Assembly (NCBI GenBank): GCA_035629915.1
Contig: DASQLS010000182.1
Location: 1 to 39,432, forward strand
DNA from: Candidatus Limnocylindrales bacterium
GTDB lineage: Bacteria; Chloroflexota; Limnocylindria; Limnocylindrales; CSP1-4
Reading direction: 5' to 3'
DNA length: 39,432 nucleotides
Shown: positions 23,530 through 35,217 of the stretch, piece by piece
Position numbering within the stretch: position 1 is the stretch's first letter
Layout: every line of letters starts with the position of its first letter
Program-made: the position numbers and the translations under genes
The notes under the pieces: model-generated
What the model saw: the letters and a program-made list of their open reading frames with translations, nothing else
Told to the model about the DNA's origin: nothing
Databases searched by the model: none

Positions 23530-24810
23530 TCAGGGCGGCAGCACTCCGGTGCCCGGCGTGTCGACCGACACGACTTCCTCGGGCGCCGGGCGTGTTCGGA
23601 ACAGTGCGAACAGCGACACGTCGTAGACGATCTTCAGCACGCCCGTGACGACGAGCGGCACGCCAAGGCCGAGTGGCACCAGGAAAGCACCGGCGATCAG
23701 CGGGCCGGGCACCTGGGCGACGGCGCGGGCGAGGCTGGTCACTCCCGCCGTTGCCGTGCGCTCGGCCGGATCGACGACCGCCATCACGTAGGACTGGCGC
23801 GTTGGAACGTCCATCGACGACAGCGCCGAGCGCGCCAGCTGGAGAGCGGCCGCAATGGCGAGCGTCGGCGCAAAGGCCACCCCGATCAGGAAGATGCTCG
23901 AGGGGATGTGCGTGAAGACCATCGTGTTGATCAGGCCGATGCGCCGCGCCAGCCAGGCCGCGACCGGAAACGAGGCGGCGGTGAGCAGGCTGCCGGCGAA
24001 GAAGAGCGCGCCAAGCTCGGCTGGCGTGGCGCCGAAACGCGTCGCGAAGAAGTAGGCGAGGAAGCTCTGGACGGTGAAGCTGCTGGCGAGCGAGTCGAGG
24101 CCGAACAGAACTGACAGGCGGGCAACGATCGGCCGTGAGCGATCGATCGCCAGGCGGCGCTCGATGCGCACTCCGGTCTCTGCCTGTCGGTCGAGGCGCG
24201 AGAGCATGGCGACGCAGACCAGGCCGACCAGCGCGTAGATCAGGAAAGCCGGCACATAGATCTGGGCGCCAGTCAGGCCGAACGTCGCACCGATGATGGG
24301 CAGCAGCCCTATGGACAGCGCCCCGAGCGCCGCCGCAAGCGACGCCAGCACGTTGTACAGCGCGAACGCGGAGGTGCGCTGCTCGACCGGGACGCTCTGG
24401 GGGATCAGTGCCTGGTCGACGCTCTGCAGCCCGATTGATTCGTTGGCGTTGACCGCGACCATGCCCGACAGGGCGATCAAGGCGAGCATCAGTGGCTCGC
24501 GGCTGACCAGCGGGATGATCGCCGCGGTGACCATCAAGGCCGACCCGGCCATCAGCAGCCGTCGACGACCGATCCGGTCGCCCCAGCCGGCGATGATCAC
24601 GGTCAACGCCAGCGAGCCCGCCAGGGCGGCCGACAGCACGAGTCCAAATTGGGCGCCGGACAACCCGATGGCCGACAGGAATAGCCCCAGCGCGACGGCA
24701 TTGAGCCCGAACGCGAAGCTGCGCAACGTACGCGCCACGACCACGATCCGGCCGTTGCGGTCGAGTTGCGGCAGCCTGCCGGTCAGCCATAGGCGGTGCA
24801 CGCGGTCCAC
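23530..24810 (-). CDS. MFS transporter
   Basis: About 12 hydrophobic segments and an MFS loop-2/3-like motif ([12 protein letters not shown]). Convergent with arsM, 4 nt apart. GTG start at 24810. The overlapping 536-aa ORF in another frame was rejected. Confidence 0.75.
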   Translation of the reverse strand: MDRVHRLWLTGRLPQLDRNGRIVVVARTLRSFAFGLNAVALGLFLSAIGLSGAQFGLVLSAALAGSLALTVIIAGWGDRIGRRRLLMAGSALMVTAAIIPLVSREPLMLALIALSGMVAVNANESIGLQSVDQALIPQSVPVEQRTSAFALYNVLASLAAALGALSIGLLPIIGATFGLTGAQIYVPAFLIYALVGLVCVAMLSRLDRQAETGVRIERRLAIDRSRPIVARLSVLFGLDSLASSFTVQSFLAYFFATRFGATPAELGALFFAGSLLTAASFPVAAWLARRIGLINTMVFTHIPSSIFLIGVAFAPTLAIAAALQLARSALSSMDVPTRQSYVMAVVDPAERTATAGVTSLARAVAQVPGPLIAGAFLVPLGLGVPLVVTGVLKIVYDVSLFALFRTRPAPEEVVSVDTPGTGVLPP

Positions 24811-24927
24811 ACTAAGGCGGCCCTAGTAGTACTTCTCGCCACCTAACGGCAGTACCATCCGCTGCCTGAGCTCAATGCCTGGGTAACTGCGCCCTACCCA
24901 CCCAGACAGGGCGTTCGTGACCGCAAG

Positions 24928-26325
24928 GTGCACATCGATCAGCTAGCCCTCCTGCTCGCCGTCGTCGTCGCGGCCAACCTCGTTCTGCTGATGGCCCTCG
25001 AGTTGCCACGCCTTGGCCGGCGGGGAGCCTCGACAGCAGACCAGGCCGATCTCGGCTTCGACGCGGACAGCTGGGCTGAGCGCAATCCCGTCGACGGCGA
25101 TGGCCGCGCCGTCTCCGTCCACGGTGCGGACACCCAGAGCGTGCCGGCGAACGTGTATCACCGCGTCGTTCGCGTGGTCAGCTTCCTCTTCCTGGGTGCC
25201 GTGCTCGTCGTTGCCACGCTGACCGGCGGCCCTTCGCAGATCGCCGTCTACCTTTTGCTCGCACTCGGCTTCTTTCTGATCGTCCTCTTCCAGGAGCTGC
25301 TCCCGGCGCGCGCATTCGGACGCTGGCGGACACCGATCGAGGCAGGCTCGGCGGTCGTCCTGCTGACGGTGCTGTTGATCCTGACCGGCGGCTACGCGAG
25401 TCCGTATTTCTTCGGTTTCGTCCTGCTCGTCGGCGCGGCGGCGCTTTGGTCGGTCGGCTATGGCCCACCGCTGCTGGCCGGCATCGCAAGTGCCGCCTAT
25501 GTCATCGCGGTGCTCGTCGCCGGTCCTTCGCCGCTCCCATCGGCAGCGGTGGGCCAGGTGGCGTTCAACCTTGTCGCGCTGGCGCTGATCACCTACGTCG
25601 CGGCAGTGATCGGCCGCGAGCAGCGTCGCGCCAGGGACGAGGCGCTGCGCCTGTCGCGCTTCGACCACCTGACGGGCCTGTACAGCCGCGCCTACCTCGC
25701 CGGTGCGCTCGAACAGGAGATCCGCCGCGCGGCCCGCAGCGGCCGACCGTTCGGGCTGCTGATGATCGACCTCGACGGACTCAAGGCGGCCAATGACCGG
25801 TTCGGGCACGACTCCGGTGATCGGCTGTTGCGCGCGGTCGGCGACATCATGCGCCGCGACGTGCGCGCAACGGACGTGCCGGCGCGCTATGCGGGCGACG
25901 AGTTCATCCTCATCCTGCCCGAGACTGAGATCAACGGCGCTGCGCTGGTCGCGGAGAAGATTCGGGTCGACATCGCGCGCCTTGCGTTGAGCCACGACCG
26001 CGCGCTCATCCGAACGACGGCGTCGATCGGCCTCGTCACGTACCCCGAGGATGGCAGGACCGCGGCTGAGCTGGTGCGCCGCGCCGATCTCGCCATGTAC
26101 GAGGCAAAGAGACGCGGTCGTGACCAGATCGTGCGATTCGCTCGCCAGGTTGCGCCAATCTCGGCGCCACCGCAGCGTTCTGCTCCGCCGCCGCCCGCCC
26201 GGCCGCCAATAACGGCGCCGCCACCGCGGCCCCCGGCTACAGGCGCTCAGCGCGGGCCGGTTCCGCGTCAGTCAAGTGGCCCGGCACCGTGGGAGACCGT
26301 CGCCGGCTATCGACCGGATCGCTGA
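24928..26325 (+). CDS. membrane-bound GGDEF-domain protein (diguanylate cyclase family, AGDEF variant)
   Basis: Polytopic N-terminal half followed by a GGDEF domain (FDHLTGLYSRAYL...LMIDLDGLKAANDRFGHDSGDRLL...RYAGDEFILILPE). An RxxD I-site (RATD) sits 5 residues before AGDEF. The C-terminal tail is Pro-rich. Confidence 0.85.
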   Translation: MHIDQLALLLAVVVAANLVLLMALELPRLGRRGASTADQADLGFDADSWAERNPVDGDGRAVSVHGADTQSVPANVYHRVVRVVSFLFLGAVLVVATLTGGPSQIAVYLLLALGFFLIVLFQELLPARAFGRWRTPIEAGSAVVLLTVLLILTGGYASPYFFGFVLLVGAAALWSVGYGPPLLAGIASAAYVIAVLVAGPSPLPSAAVGQVAFNLVALALITYVAAVIGREQRRARDEALRLSRFDHLTGLYSRAYLAGALEQEIRRAARSGRPFGLLMIDLDGLKAANDRFGHDSGDRLLRAVGDIMRRDVRATDVPARYAGDEFILILPETEINGAALVAEKIRVDIARLALSHDRALIRTTASIGLVTYPEDGRTAAELVRRADLAMYEAKRRGRDQIVRFARQVAPISAPPQRSAPPPPARPPITAPPPRPPATGAQRGPVPRQSSGPAPWETVAGYRPDR

Positions 26326-26390
26326 TCGGCAGCATCTCACGTCGAAGGTCGGCAACAGGTGCAAAGTCGGGGCGGTTGTAGCATCACCGC

Positions 26391-27611
26391 GTGAGCGATT
26401 CCCGCCGACCCACCGGCGCGGGCTTTGGCACGCGTGCCATCCACGCTGCGACGCATGCTCCACGCGTGGACCAGGAGCCGGACGCGGTCCCGATCTACCA
26501 GGCAGTGACCTTCTCAGCGGAAGACTCCGCTCAGCTGGGTGACATCCTCGGCGATCGGGTGCCGGGGTACAGCTACTCGCGCATCGACAACCCGACTTCG
26601 ACCGCACTCGCCGACGCGCTCGCCGAGATCGAGGGCGCCGAGGCCGGCTACGCCTTTGCGACCGGCATGGCTGCGATCCACGCCGCGTTCGTCTCGACCC
26701 TCCGCGCCGGCGATCACGTTGTCGCCGCGCGAGCGCTTTACGGCAGCGTCACCCACCTGCTCGAGAACGTGCTCGGCCGTTTCGGCGTCGAGACGACCTT
26801 CGTCGATGCCACGGACCGAGTCGTCGTCGAGGCCGCCCTGCGCCCGAACACGCGTCTGCTGCATCTCGAGACGGTCGCCAATCCGACGGTCGTGGTCACT
26901 GATCTTGCCGACCTGATCGCCCTCGCCCATCGCCGTGGCATCACCGTCTCGGTCGACAACACGTTCGCCTCGCCCTTCCTGTGCCGGCCGATCGAGCTCG
27001 GCGCGGACCTCGTCATCGAGTCGCTGACCAAGTGGATCGGCGGCCACAGCGACGTGCTCGGTGGTGTCGTGGTCGGCGACCGCGAGCGGATCGCCGCCGT
27101 GCGCGGCGTGCAGATCGACACCGGCGGCGGCCTCGCGCCGCTGAGCGCCTTCCTGGTGCTGCGCGGCATCTCCACGCTGCACGTCCGGATGGAGCGCCAC
27201 GTGGCCAGCGCGGTCGCCCTGGCCCGCCACCTCGAACAGAGCGACGTGGTCAGGACGGTTTACTACCCGGGCCTGCCAAGCCACCCCCAATTCGCCGTCG
27301 CGCAGCGGACGCTGAGCGCGGGTGGCGGCATGATCGCATTCGACGTCGGAGATCGTGAGACGGCCGAACGAGTGCTCAATGCGCTGACGATTCCGCCGCG
27401 CACCGCATCGCTCGGCAGCATCCGCACGATCGCCGTCCATCCGCCTTCGACTACGCATCGCCAGGTAGATGCGGCCGGGCTGGAGCTGGCCGGGATCTCC
27501 GAGGGCCTGATCCGCGTCTCAGTCGGGCTGGAGGATGTCGACGACCTGATCGCCGATTTCGACCAGGCGCTCACTGCTGCCGCTACGGCCGTGGCGACGC
27601 GCGGCGCTTGA
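26391..27611 (+). CDS. PLP-dependent Cys/Met-metabolism enzyme (cystathionine gamma-synthase / methionine gamma-lyase / O-acylhomoserine sulfhydrylase family)
   Basis: Family blocks: YSRIDNPT, ATGMAAI, VDNTFASP, and the PLP-lysine motif SLTKWIGGHSDVLGG. The exact reaction cannot be assigned from sequence. Confidence 0.85.
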   Translation: MSDSRRPTGAGFGTRAIHAATHAPRVDQEPDAVPIYQAVTFSAEDSAQLGDILGDRVPGYSYSRIDNPTSTALADALAEIEGAEAGYAFATGMAAIHAAFVSTLRAGDHVVAARALYGSVTHLLENVLGRFGVETTFVDATDRVVVEAALRPNTRLLHLETVANPTVVVTDLADLIALAHRRGITVSVDNTFASPFLCRPIELGADLVIESLTKWIGGHSDVLGGVVVGDRERIAAVRGVQIDTGGGLAPLSAFLVLRGISTLHVRMERHVASAVALARHLEQSDVVRTVYYPGLPSHPQFAVAQRTLSAGGGMIAFDVGDRETAERVLNALTIPPRTASLGSIRTIAVHPPSTTHRQVDAAGLELAGISEGLIRVSVGLEDVDDLIADFDQALTAAATAVATRGA

Positions 27612-27770
27612 CGGCACACCCACGCTACTCACCGGGATCCCGCTGACAGACAGGAACTGACGCTCATCGCGACGATCACCCTGGGCACGCGTCGTACCGG
27701 CGCGCAGCTCAATCCACTCGAACGCCTCGGCTGGGCCGTTTGGCGCACGCTGACGAGCGTTCGTTTCGCT

Positions 27771-29150
27771 GTGTTCCAGATCAGCCTGCTGGCGATTGCC
27801 GGTGTGATCGGGACACTGCTCCGCCAGCTGCCCTCGTTCTCGCTCCACGATCCCGCCGCGTACGCGCAGCAGATGGCGGAGATGCATGTCGTCTACGACT
27901 CGCTGACTGTCCTCGGCCTGAACATCGGGCCGGGCATGGTCGACGTGTTCGAGCGGGTCGGCTTCTTCCGCGTCTTCTCCGCGCCGTGGTTCGTCTTCCT
28001 GCTCACGCTGCTCGTCGTCAGCATCATCGTCTGCACGCTGGATCGAACGCCCAACCTGTGGCGCACGGCACACAACGTCAAGGTTGTTCAGGCGGCGCCG
28101 TTCTACGACCTGCGCCTGTCGGAGCGAGCGCGCTTCGCCGGCGTCGAAGATGGAGCCGCGGACCAGCTCACCGGGGCCCTGCGCGGACGCCATTTCCGTA
28201 TCCGCCAGGAGGCGACCGATACCGACGACGGCGGACAGGTCATCAACGTCTACGGCGATCGAAACCAATACTTCAAGCTGGCAACGCTGTTCACTCACCT
28301 CGGCCTGATCCTGTTCCTGGCCGGTGGCGCGGTGACAGTTGGCCTTGGCTACGAAACCGTGGTCTTCCTGGGCGAGGGCCAGACCGCCCCGGTCCAGGCG
28401 GTGGGCACGCCCGACAACCTGCTGGTCAAGAACATCCACTTCGAGGCTCCGACCGACTCAGAAGGCAGGTTCACCGATTTCCGCACCGATCTTGCCGTCT
28501 ACCAGAACGGCCAGGAGGTCGCGCGCAAGGTCATCCGCGTCAACGACCCGCTCGAGGTCAACGGCTTCGTGTTCCACCAGAACACGTTCGGACCGGCTCA
28601 GCAGCTCCAGATCCACGACCCGTCGGGCAAGCTCGTGTGGGATGGGCCGGTGTTGCTGGCCGGCGAGCTGGCCGACCTGCCGCAGGGCTTCCTGACCATC
28701 CCGGGCTCCGACATCGGCCTGGTGGTCGTGCTCCACCGGAACGCGGCCGGTGAGCCGCTCCTGGCGCTGACCGGCATCACGTCCGAAGCTCAGCCGGGAG
28801 GCGGCAACATCGCCTTCCTGCGCTCTCTTGGCCTTGGCCAGACGAGTGAGCCGGGCACGACCGGCGGCTACGCGGTCACCTGGAACGCCGCCGGCGCGTA
28901 CACCGGCATGGTCATCAAGAAGGATCCGGGCCAGACGCTGATCTGGCTCGCCTACCTGAGCCTGATCATCGGCCTCGTGCTCACCTTCTACTTCCCGCGC
29001 CGGCGGCTATGGGCGCGGATGCATGGCGATCATCTCGAGATGGCGATGCTCGCCGACCGCTATGTCGACGTCGAGCGCGAGTTCAGTCAGCTTCTCGATG
29101 ACCTGTCGACCAGGCTCGGCAAACGCCCTGAGCGTCGCCTCTCGACCTGA
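27771..29150 (+). CDS. resB: cytochrome c biogenesis protein ResB/Ccs1 (System II)
   Basis: Typical ResB N-terminus (SLLAIAGVIGTLLRQ, FRVFSAPWFVFLLTLLVVSIIVCTLDR), a large soluble domain, and a C-terminal TM (LIWLAYLSLIIGLVLTFYF). The coordinate uses the first canonical start (GTG 27771). The real start is probably upstream; see findings. Confidence 0.8.
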   Translation: MFQISLLAIAGVIGTLLRQLPSFSLHDPAAYAQQMAEMHVVYDSLTVLGLNIGPGMVDVFERVGFFRVFSAPWFVFLLTLLVVSIIVCTLDRTPNLWRTAHNVKVVQAAPFYDLRLSERARFAGVEDGAADQLTGALRGRHFRIRQEATDTDDGGQVINVYGDRNQYFKLATLFTHLGLILFLAGGAVTVGLGYETVVFLGEGQTAPVQAVGTPDNLLVKNIHFEAPTDSEGRFTDFRTDLAVYQNGQEVARKVIRVNDPLEVNGFVFHQNTFGPAQQLQIHDPSGKLVWDGPVLLAGELADLPQGFLTIPGSDIGLVVVLHRNAAGEPLLALTGITSEAQPGGGNIAFLRSLGLGQTSEPGTTGGYAVTWNAAGAYTGMVIKKDPGQTLIWLAYLSLIIGLVLTFYFPRRRLWARMHGDHLEMAMLADRYVDVEREFSQLLDDLSTRLGKRPERRLST

Positions 29151-29160
29151 CGGCCGGTGG

Positions 29161-29706
29161 CTACTGGTCCATCACGCGGCGCTTGGCCGCCGCGAACTCG
29201 GCATCCGTCAGAACCCCGCCGTCGTGGAGCTCGGCGAGCCTTTTGATCTGCTCGGCGAGGTTCGGACCGGCGCGTTCCGGCACGTTGGCCGCGGCGACAG
29301 CCGCGCTCGGCTGGGCCGCTAACCCGCCGAAGCTCGGAATCGTCGCCGGAGCGCTAAGCATCGGAGCACCGTTCGGGCCTCGGCCGACGCGCAGCCAGAA
29401 CTGGTCGACCGTGTTGCGGTAGTAACTCGGGTCGACGGTGCCGCGGCGAAATACGGCAGTCGCCGCGCGCATGTTGCTTGCCGCCGCCTGGTCTCCCGGC
29501 TGCAGCGGGACACCGAAGTGGCAGATCGGACAGAGCAGGTAGCGATTCTTGCTGTACGAGCCGAGCGGGATGAAGTAGAGGCTGAACTGCTTCTCCGACT
29601 GGACCTCGTGCAGGAACACGTCGTTGTGGCACTGCGGGCAAGTCGTGGGCGCGACCTCACCCAGATCCTTCGACTTGCCGTCGCCCCAGCCCATGATCAC
29701 GACCAT
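29161..29706 (-). CDS. zinc-ribbon protein with C-terminal SHOCT domain
   Basis: MVVIMGWGDG...CPQC...(28 aa)...CPIC is a zinc-ribbon layout. The C-terminal KRLAELHDGGVLTDAEFAAAKRRV is a SHOCT-type motif. ATG 29706 was preferred because the family-like sequence starts there. The track start 29871 would overlap the oppositely oriented glutamine synthetase ORF. Confidence 0.6.
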   Translation of the reverse strand: MVVIMGWGDGKSKDLGEVAPTTCPQCHNDVFLHEVQSEKQFSLYFIPLGSYSKNRYLLCPICHFGVPLQPGDQAAASNMRAATAVFRRGTVDPSYYRNTVDQFWLRVGRGPNGAPMLSAPATIPSFGGLAAQPSAAVAAANVPERAGPNLAEQIKRLAELHDGGVLTDAEFAAAKRRVMDQ

Positions 29707-29996
29707 GCCGTCAACGATACCTTCAGCGGCTGAAAACGCTGCTCCTGATCCGGCTACGTAACCGTCCCGGTCGTCGAATGCAACCGTCAGCCGGGTGCCG
29801 CCCGGCGTAGACTCGAAACACCCGTGCGACGCACGATCAAGGCAGGCGCCGGGCTGTGACGGAGGGTTCATTGACGATGGTCATCGAGGTCGGGGAGCGT
29901 GCCGTCCCGAGCACCAACGGTCACTCAGCCAACGGGACGAGCAATGGCCGCGCCGGGTCGCGTGCCGCGTCAGCCACGGCCGCGCCGGGAGGGGCA

Positions 29997-32144
<2,148 letters not shown>

Positions 32145-32178
32145 GAGCGGGGGACCACTTGACTGAAGAGGGGCCTGA

Positions 32179-32442
32179 ATGATCATTCTCGCGTTCGTCG
32201 TCATCGCGCTCGTGGCCGGGTTCATCGCCAACTATCTGGTTGGCAAGGGCCGAAACTTCGAGACCTGGGAGCTGTTCGTCGCCGGCCTCGTCGGCTCGTT
32301 CGTCGGCGGCACCATCTTCACCCTGATCTTCGAACGAGATTTTGATATCAGGATCTCCGGCCTGATCGGCTCGACCATCGGCGCGATCATCGTACTGGCT
32401 ATCTACGGCCCGCTACGCGCACAGCTCCGCAAGCGAGCCTGA
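32179..32442 (+). CDS. GlsB/YeaQ/YmgE family small membrane protein
   Basis: 87 aa. Three hydrophobic helices with the family Gly-rich pattern (VAGFIANYLVGKG, GLVGSFVGG, GSTIGAIIVL). Confidence 0.75.
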   Translation: MIILAFVVIALVAGFIANYLVGKGRNFETWELFVAGLVGSFVGGTIFTLIFERDFDIRISGLIGSTIGAIIVLAIYGPLRAQLRKRA

Positions 32443-32462
32443 CCCGCACCGCGTAATCCGGC

Positions 32463-33026
32463 GTGGCGGCCCGATGCTGGTGGGCCGAATCAGACCCGCT
32501 CCTGATCGCTTATCACGATGACGAGTGGGGCAGGCCCGAGACAGACGACACGCGTTTGTTCGAGATGCTCTCCCTCGAGGCGTTCCAGGCAGGTCTGTCG
32601 TGGCTGACCATCCTGCGCAAGCGCGACGGTTTCAAATCGGCCTTCGCGGGATTTGATCCGTCGGCGGTTGCCGCCTTTGACGAGCGCGACCGCGAGCGGC
32701 TGATGTCCGACGCGGGCATCGTCCGCAATCGGGCCAAGATCGAAGCCACGGTTGGCAACGCCCAGGCTGTGCTCGACCTGATCGCCGCCGAAGGATCGTT
32801 CCACGCCTACCTCGCGCGATCGGTGCCCGGCCCGCCCCGGCCACTGCCGCCCGATTCGGCACCGGGCAGCTTGCCCGCCACGACGGCCGCCTCGGACGCG
32901 TTGTCGAAGGACCTCAAGCGGAGGGGTTTTCGCTTCGTGGGCTCGACGATCGTCTATTCGTTCATGCAGGCAGTCGGCCTCGTCGACGATCACCTGCCCG
33001 GCTGCTTCCGTTACCGGGGCACATAG
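32463..33026 (+). CDS. tag: DNA-3-methyladenine glycosylase I
   Basis: RCWW...YHDDEWGRP, FEMLSLEAFQAGLSWLTILRKR, GIVRNRAKI and FVGSTIVYSFMQAVGLVDDH cover all the conserved Tag blocks. Confidence 0.9.
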   Translation: MAARCWWAESDPLLIAYHDDEWGRPETDDTRLFEMLSLEAFQAGLSWLTILRKRDGFKSAFAGFDPSAVAAFDERDRERLMSDAGIVRNRAKIEATVGNAQAVLDLIAAEGSFHAYLARSVPGPPRPLPPDSAPGSLPATTAASDALSKDLKRRGFRFVGSTIVYSFMQAVGLVDDHLPGCFRYRGT

Positions 33027-33042
33027 CCGAAGCGGCGGAGGG

Positions 33043-33882
33043 CTACTTGGCCTCGCTGCGTGAGCCCATCAGCTCGCCGCCGTCGACACCGATCGTGTTG
33101 CCCGTCATCCAGTACAGACCCGGTGCCGAGAGCGCGACGAGCGCATCGGCGACATCTTCCGGCCGCGTCAGGCGACCGCCCGGATTGCGCTCCTCGGCAA
33201 CGCGCCTGAGCTCTTCGTGGCCGGGGATGCGGCGCAGCGCCGGCGTATCGGTCACGCCGGCGCGAATGGCGTTGACGGTGATGCCGTGCTGGATCAGCTC
33301 GAGGGCGAGCTGTCGGACGTGTGCCTCGAGGGCGGCCTTCGCCGCGCTGACCGGACCGTAGGTCGGGACCGCCCGGATCGCACCTTCGCTGGTCATTGCG
33401 AAGATGCGACTGCCGTTGCCCAGCATTCCGGCATGGAACAGGTCGCGCACCCAGTAGATGAGCGAGTGGGCCATCACGTCGGCGGTCATCTCGAGCTGCT
33501 TCTGGCTGACCTCGCGCCCGTCCGCCTCGTCGGACACGTATGAGAGCGTCGTGCCGAAAGCGAGCGAGTGGAGGACGACGGCGACGAATGGATCCTTGCC
33601 CTCGCGCCGACGCTCGTCGAACGTCTGCCGGGTGGCCTCGATGACCGCCGCACGCTTGCCATCATCGGCCGCGTTGACGTTGTGGAAGAAGACGGGCACG
33701 CCCGTTGCGGCTATTTCCTCGCGTACGGCGTTGGCGCTGGCGATCGTTCCACGCAGATCGAGGTGGACGCCGACGATCGGGTGACCGGCGCGCGCCAGCG
33801 CGAGGCTTGCCGCGCCGCCAAAGCCGCTGCTTGCTCCGAGCACGAGCGCCCAGCGCTCGCGCGTGTCCTGCTGTTCGTCCAT
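33043..33882 (-). CDS. SDR-family reductase, enoyl-ACP-reductase-like (Y-x6-K)
   Basis: Rossmann motif LVLGASSGFGGA. The catalytic spacing YGPVSAAK is Y-x6-K, as in FabI/FabL/InhA-type enzymes, rather than the classical YxxxK. I chose ATG 33882 (MDEQQD). The 522-aa track ORF extends artefactually over the divergent MFS gene. Confidence 0.7.
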   Translation of the reverse strand: MDEQQDTRERWALVLGASSGFGGAASLALARAGHPIVGVHLDLRGTIASANAVREEIAATGVPVFFHNVNAADDGKRAAVIEATRQTFDERRREGKDPFVAVVLHSLAFGTTLSYVSDEADGREVSQKQLEMTADVMAHSLIYWVRDLFHAGMLGNGSRIFAMTSEGAIRAVPTYGPVSAAKAALEAHVRQLALELIQHGITVNAIRAGVTDTPALRRIPGHEELRRVAEERNPGGRLTRPEDVADALVALSAPGLYWMTGNTIGVDGGELMGSRSEAK

Positions 33883-33942
33883 GTCGGCTGAGTTTAGCGA
33901 GAGCGCCCGCACGGCGGACTTCCTTGCTAGCCTCCGACGCCG

Positions 33943-35217
33943 ATGGTGGACCTCGAGCTCGACCGGCCGGCCGCGGCCATTCCCCCCGTCGACGACGTTC
34001 GGCCGATGCGCACGCTCTGGCTGCTCAGCGTGGCGCACGCGTTCAATCACGCCCAAGCCGCGCTCATGCCGCTCGTCTACCTTGCGATCATCGCCGAGTT
34101 CGGCGTGACCGTGGCCGCTATCGCCTTCCTGGCCGCGGCGGGCAACATTGCCTCCGGCCTGATCCAGTTCACCTACGCCGGCATCACGCGCTTCGTGTCG
34201 CGGCGCAACATCCTGACCGTTGGCGGACTGATCTTCGGCGGCGGCATGGCACTCCAGGCGCTCGCCACCAGCTTCGGCACGTTCGCGGTCGCCAACATCG
34301 TGTCGCGCGTCGCCGGGTCGCCCCAGCATCCGGTCGGCAACGGCCTGCTCGCCGAGCAATTTCCGCCAGAGCGGCGCGGCTTTGCCATCTCGGCCCACAT
34401 TGCCGGCGGCAACGTCGGCACGGTCTTCGTGCCCCTCCTCGGAGCGTGGCTGATCGCCGGGATCGGCTGGCGCTGGACGGTCGTCCTGTTCGGCGTGCCG
34501 GCGATGGTCGTCGCGCTGGCCATCTTTGCGTTCGTGCGCGAGTCGGGCGCCGATCGTGCCGCGGCCCGCGCCTACGGAACGCTCCGCTCCGCGCTCGGTG
34601 CGGTCGTCCACGATCGCAACCTGCTGCTCGTGTTTGCCTCGGCGATGCTCGGCGGCGGTGGTCGCGGCCTGGGCGTGCTGAACGTCTTCGTGCCGCTCTA
34701 CCTGAGCGTGGTGATCGGCCTCGACACGACGACCGTGGCGCTGATGTACACGGTGCTCGTCATCGGCAGCGTCCCCGGACCGATCGTCGCCGGCTGGCTG
34801 TCGGACATCTACGGCCGCAAGCCACTGATCCTGCTGGCGTATACCGGTGGCTTCTTCTCCCTGCTGCTGTTCGTCGCGGCCGGCTCGAACCTGACGCTGC
34901 TCTGGCTGGCGATCGTGATGCTCAGCCTGTTCAACTTCGTCGAGAGCCCACAGCTCCAGGCGCTGCTCTCCGACATCACCCCGCCCGCGCTGCGCGACGC
35001 TTCGTTCGCTCTCTACTTCACGCTCGCCTTCGGCGTCGGCTCGGTGTGGATCGTGGTCTACGGTGCGGTCATCGAGTTGCTCGGCGAGGACGTCGGACTA
35101 CCGGTCACGTTCGTGATCATGGCCGCTTCATTCGTCGCCGCCGCGCTGGTGGTGCTGCCGATCAGGCTCGCGGGGCGCGATAGTCCCGGCGGCCGCCCGC
35201 GTATGCTCCGGCCTTGA
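33943..35217 (+). CDS. MFS transporter
   Basis: About 12 hydrophobic segments with MFS-like loop motifs (GITRFVSRRNIL; WLSDIYGRKPLIL). ATG start. Confidence 0.75.
   Translation: MVDLELDRPAAAIPPVDDVRPMRTLWLLSVAHAFNHAQAALMPLVYLAIIAEFGVTVAAIAFLAAAGNIASGLIQFTYAGITRFVSRRNILTVGGLIFGGGMALQALATSFGTFAVANIVSRVAGSPQHPVGNGLLAEQFPPERRGFAISAHIAGGNVGTVFVPLLGAWLIAGIGWRWTVVLFGVPAMVVALAIFAFVRESGADRAAARAYGTLRSALGAVVHDRNLLLVFASAMLGGGGRGLGVLNVFVPLYLSVVIGLDTTTVALMYTVLVIGSVPGPIVAGWLSDIYGRKPLILLAYTGGFFSLLLFVAAGSNLTLLWLAIVMLSLFNFVESPQLQALLSDITPPALRDASFALYFTLAFGVGSVWIVVYGAVIELLGEDVGLPVTFVIMAASFVAAALVVLPIRLAGRDSPGGRPRMLRP

Noticed and set aside
26326-26390. A possible SAM or other sulfur-metabolism riboswitch upstream of the Cys/Met PLP enzyme gene.
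   Set aside because: The spacer is only about 65 nt, too short for SAM-I/IV classes. I could not find the conserved core elements. An Infernal scan would be needed to say more.
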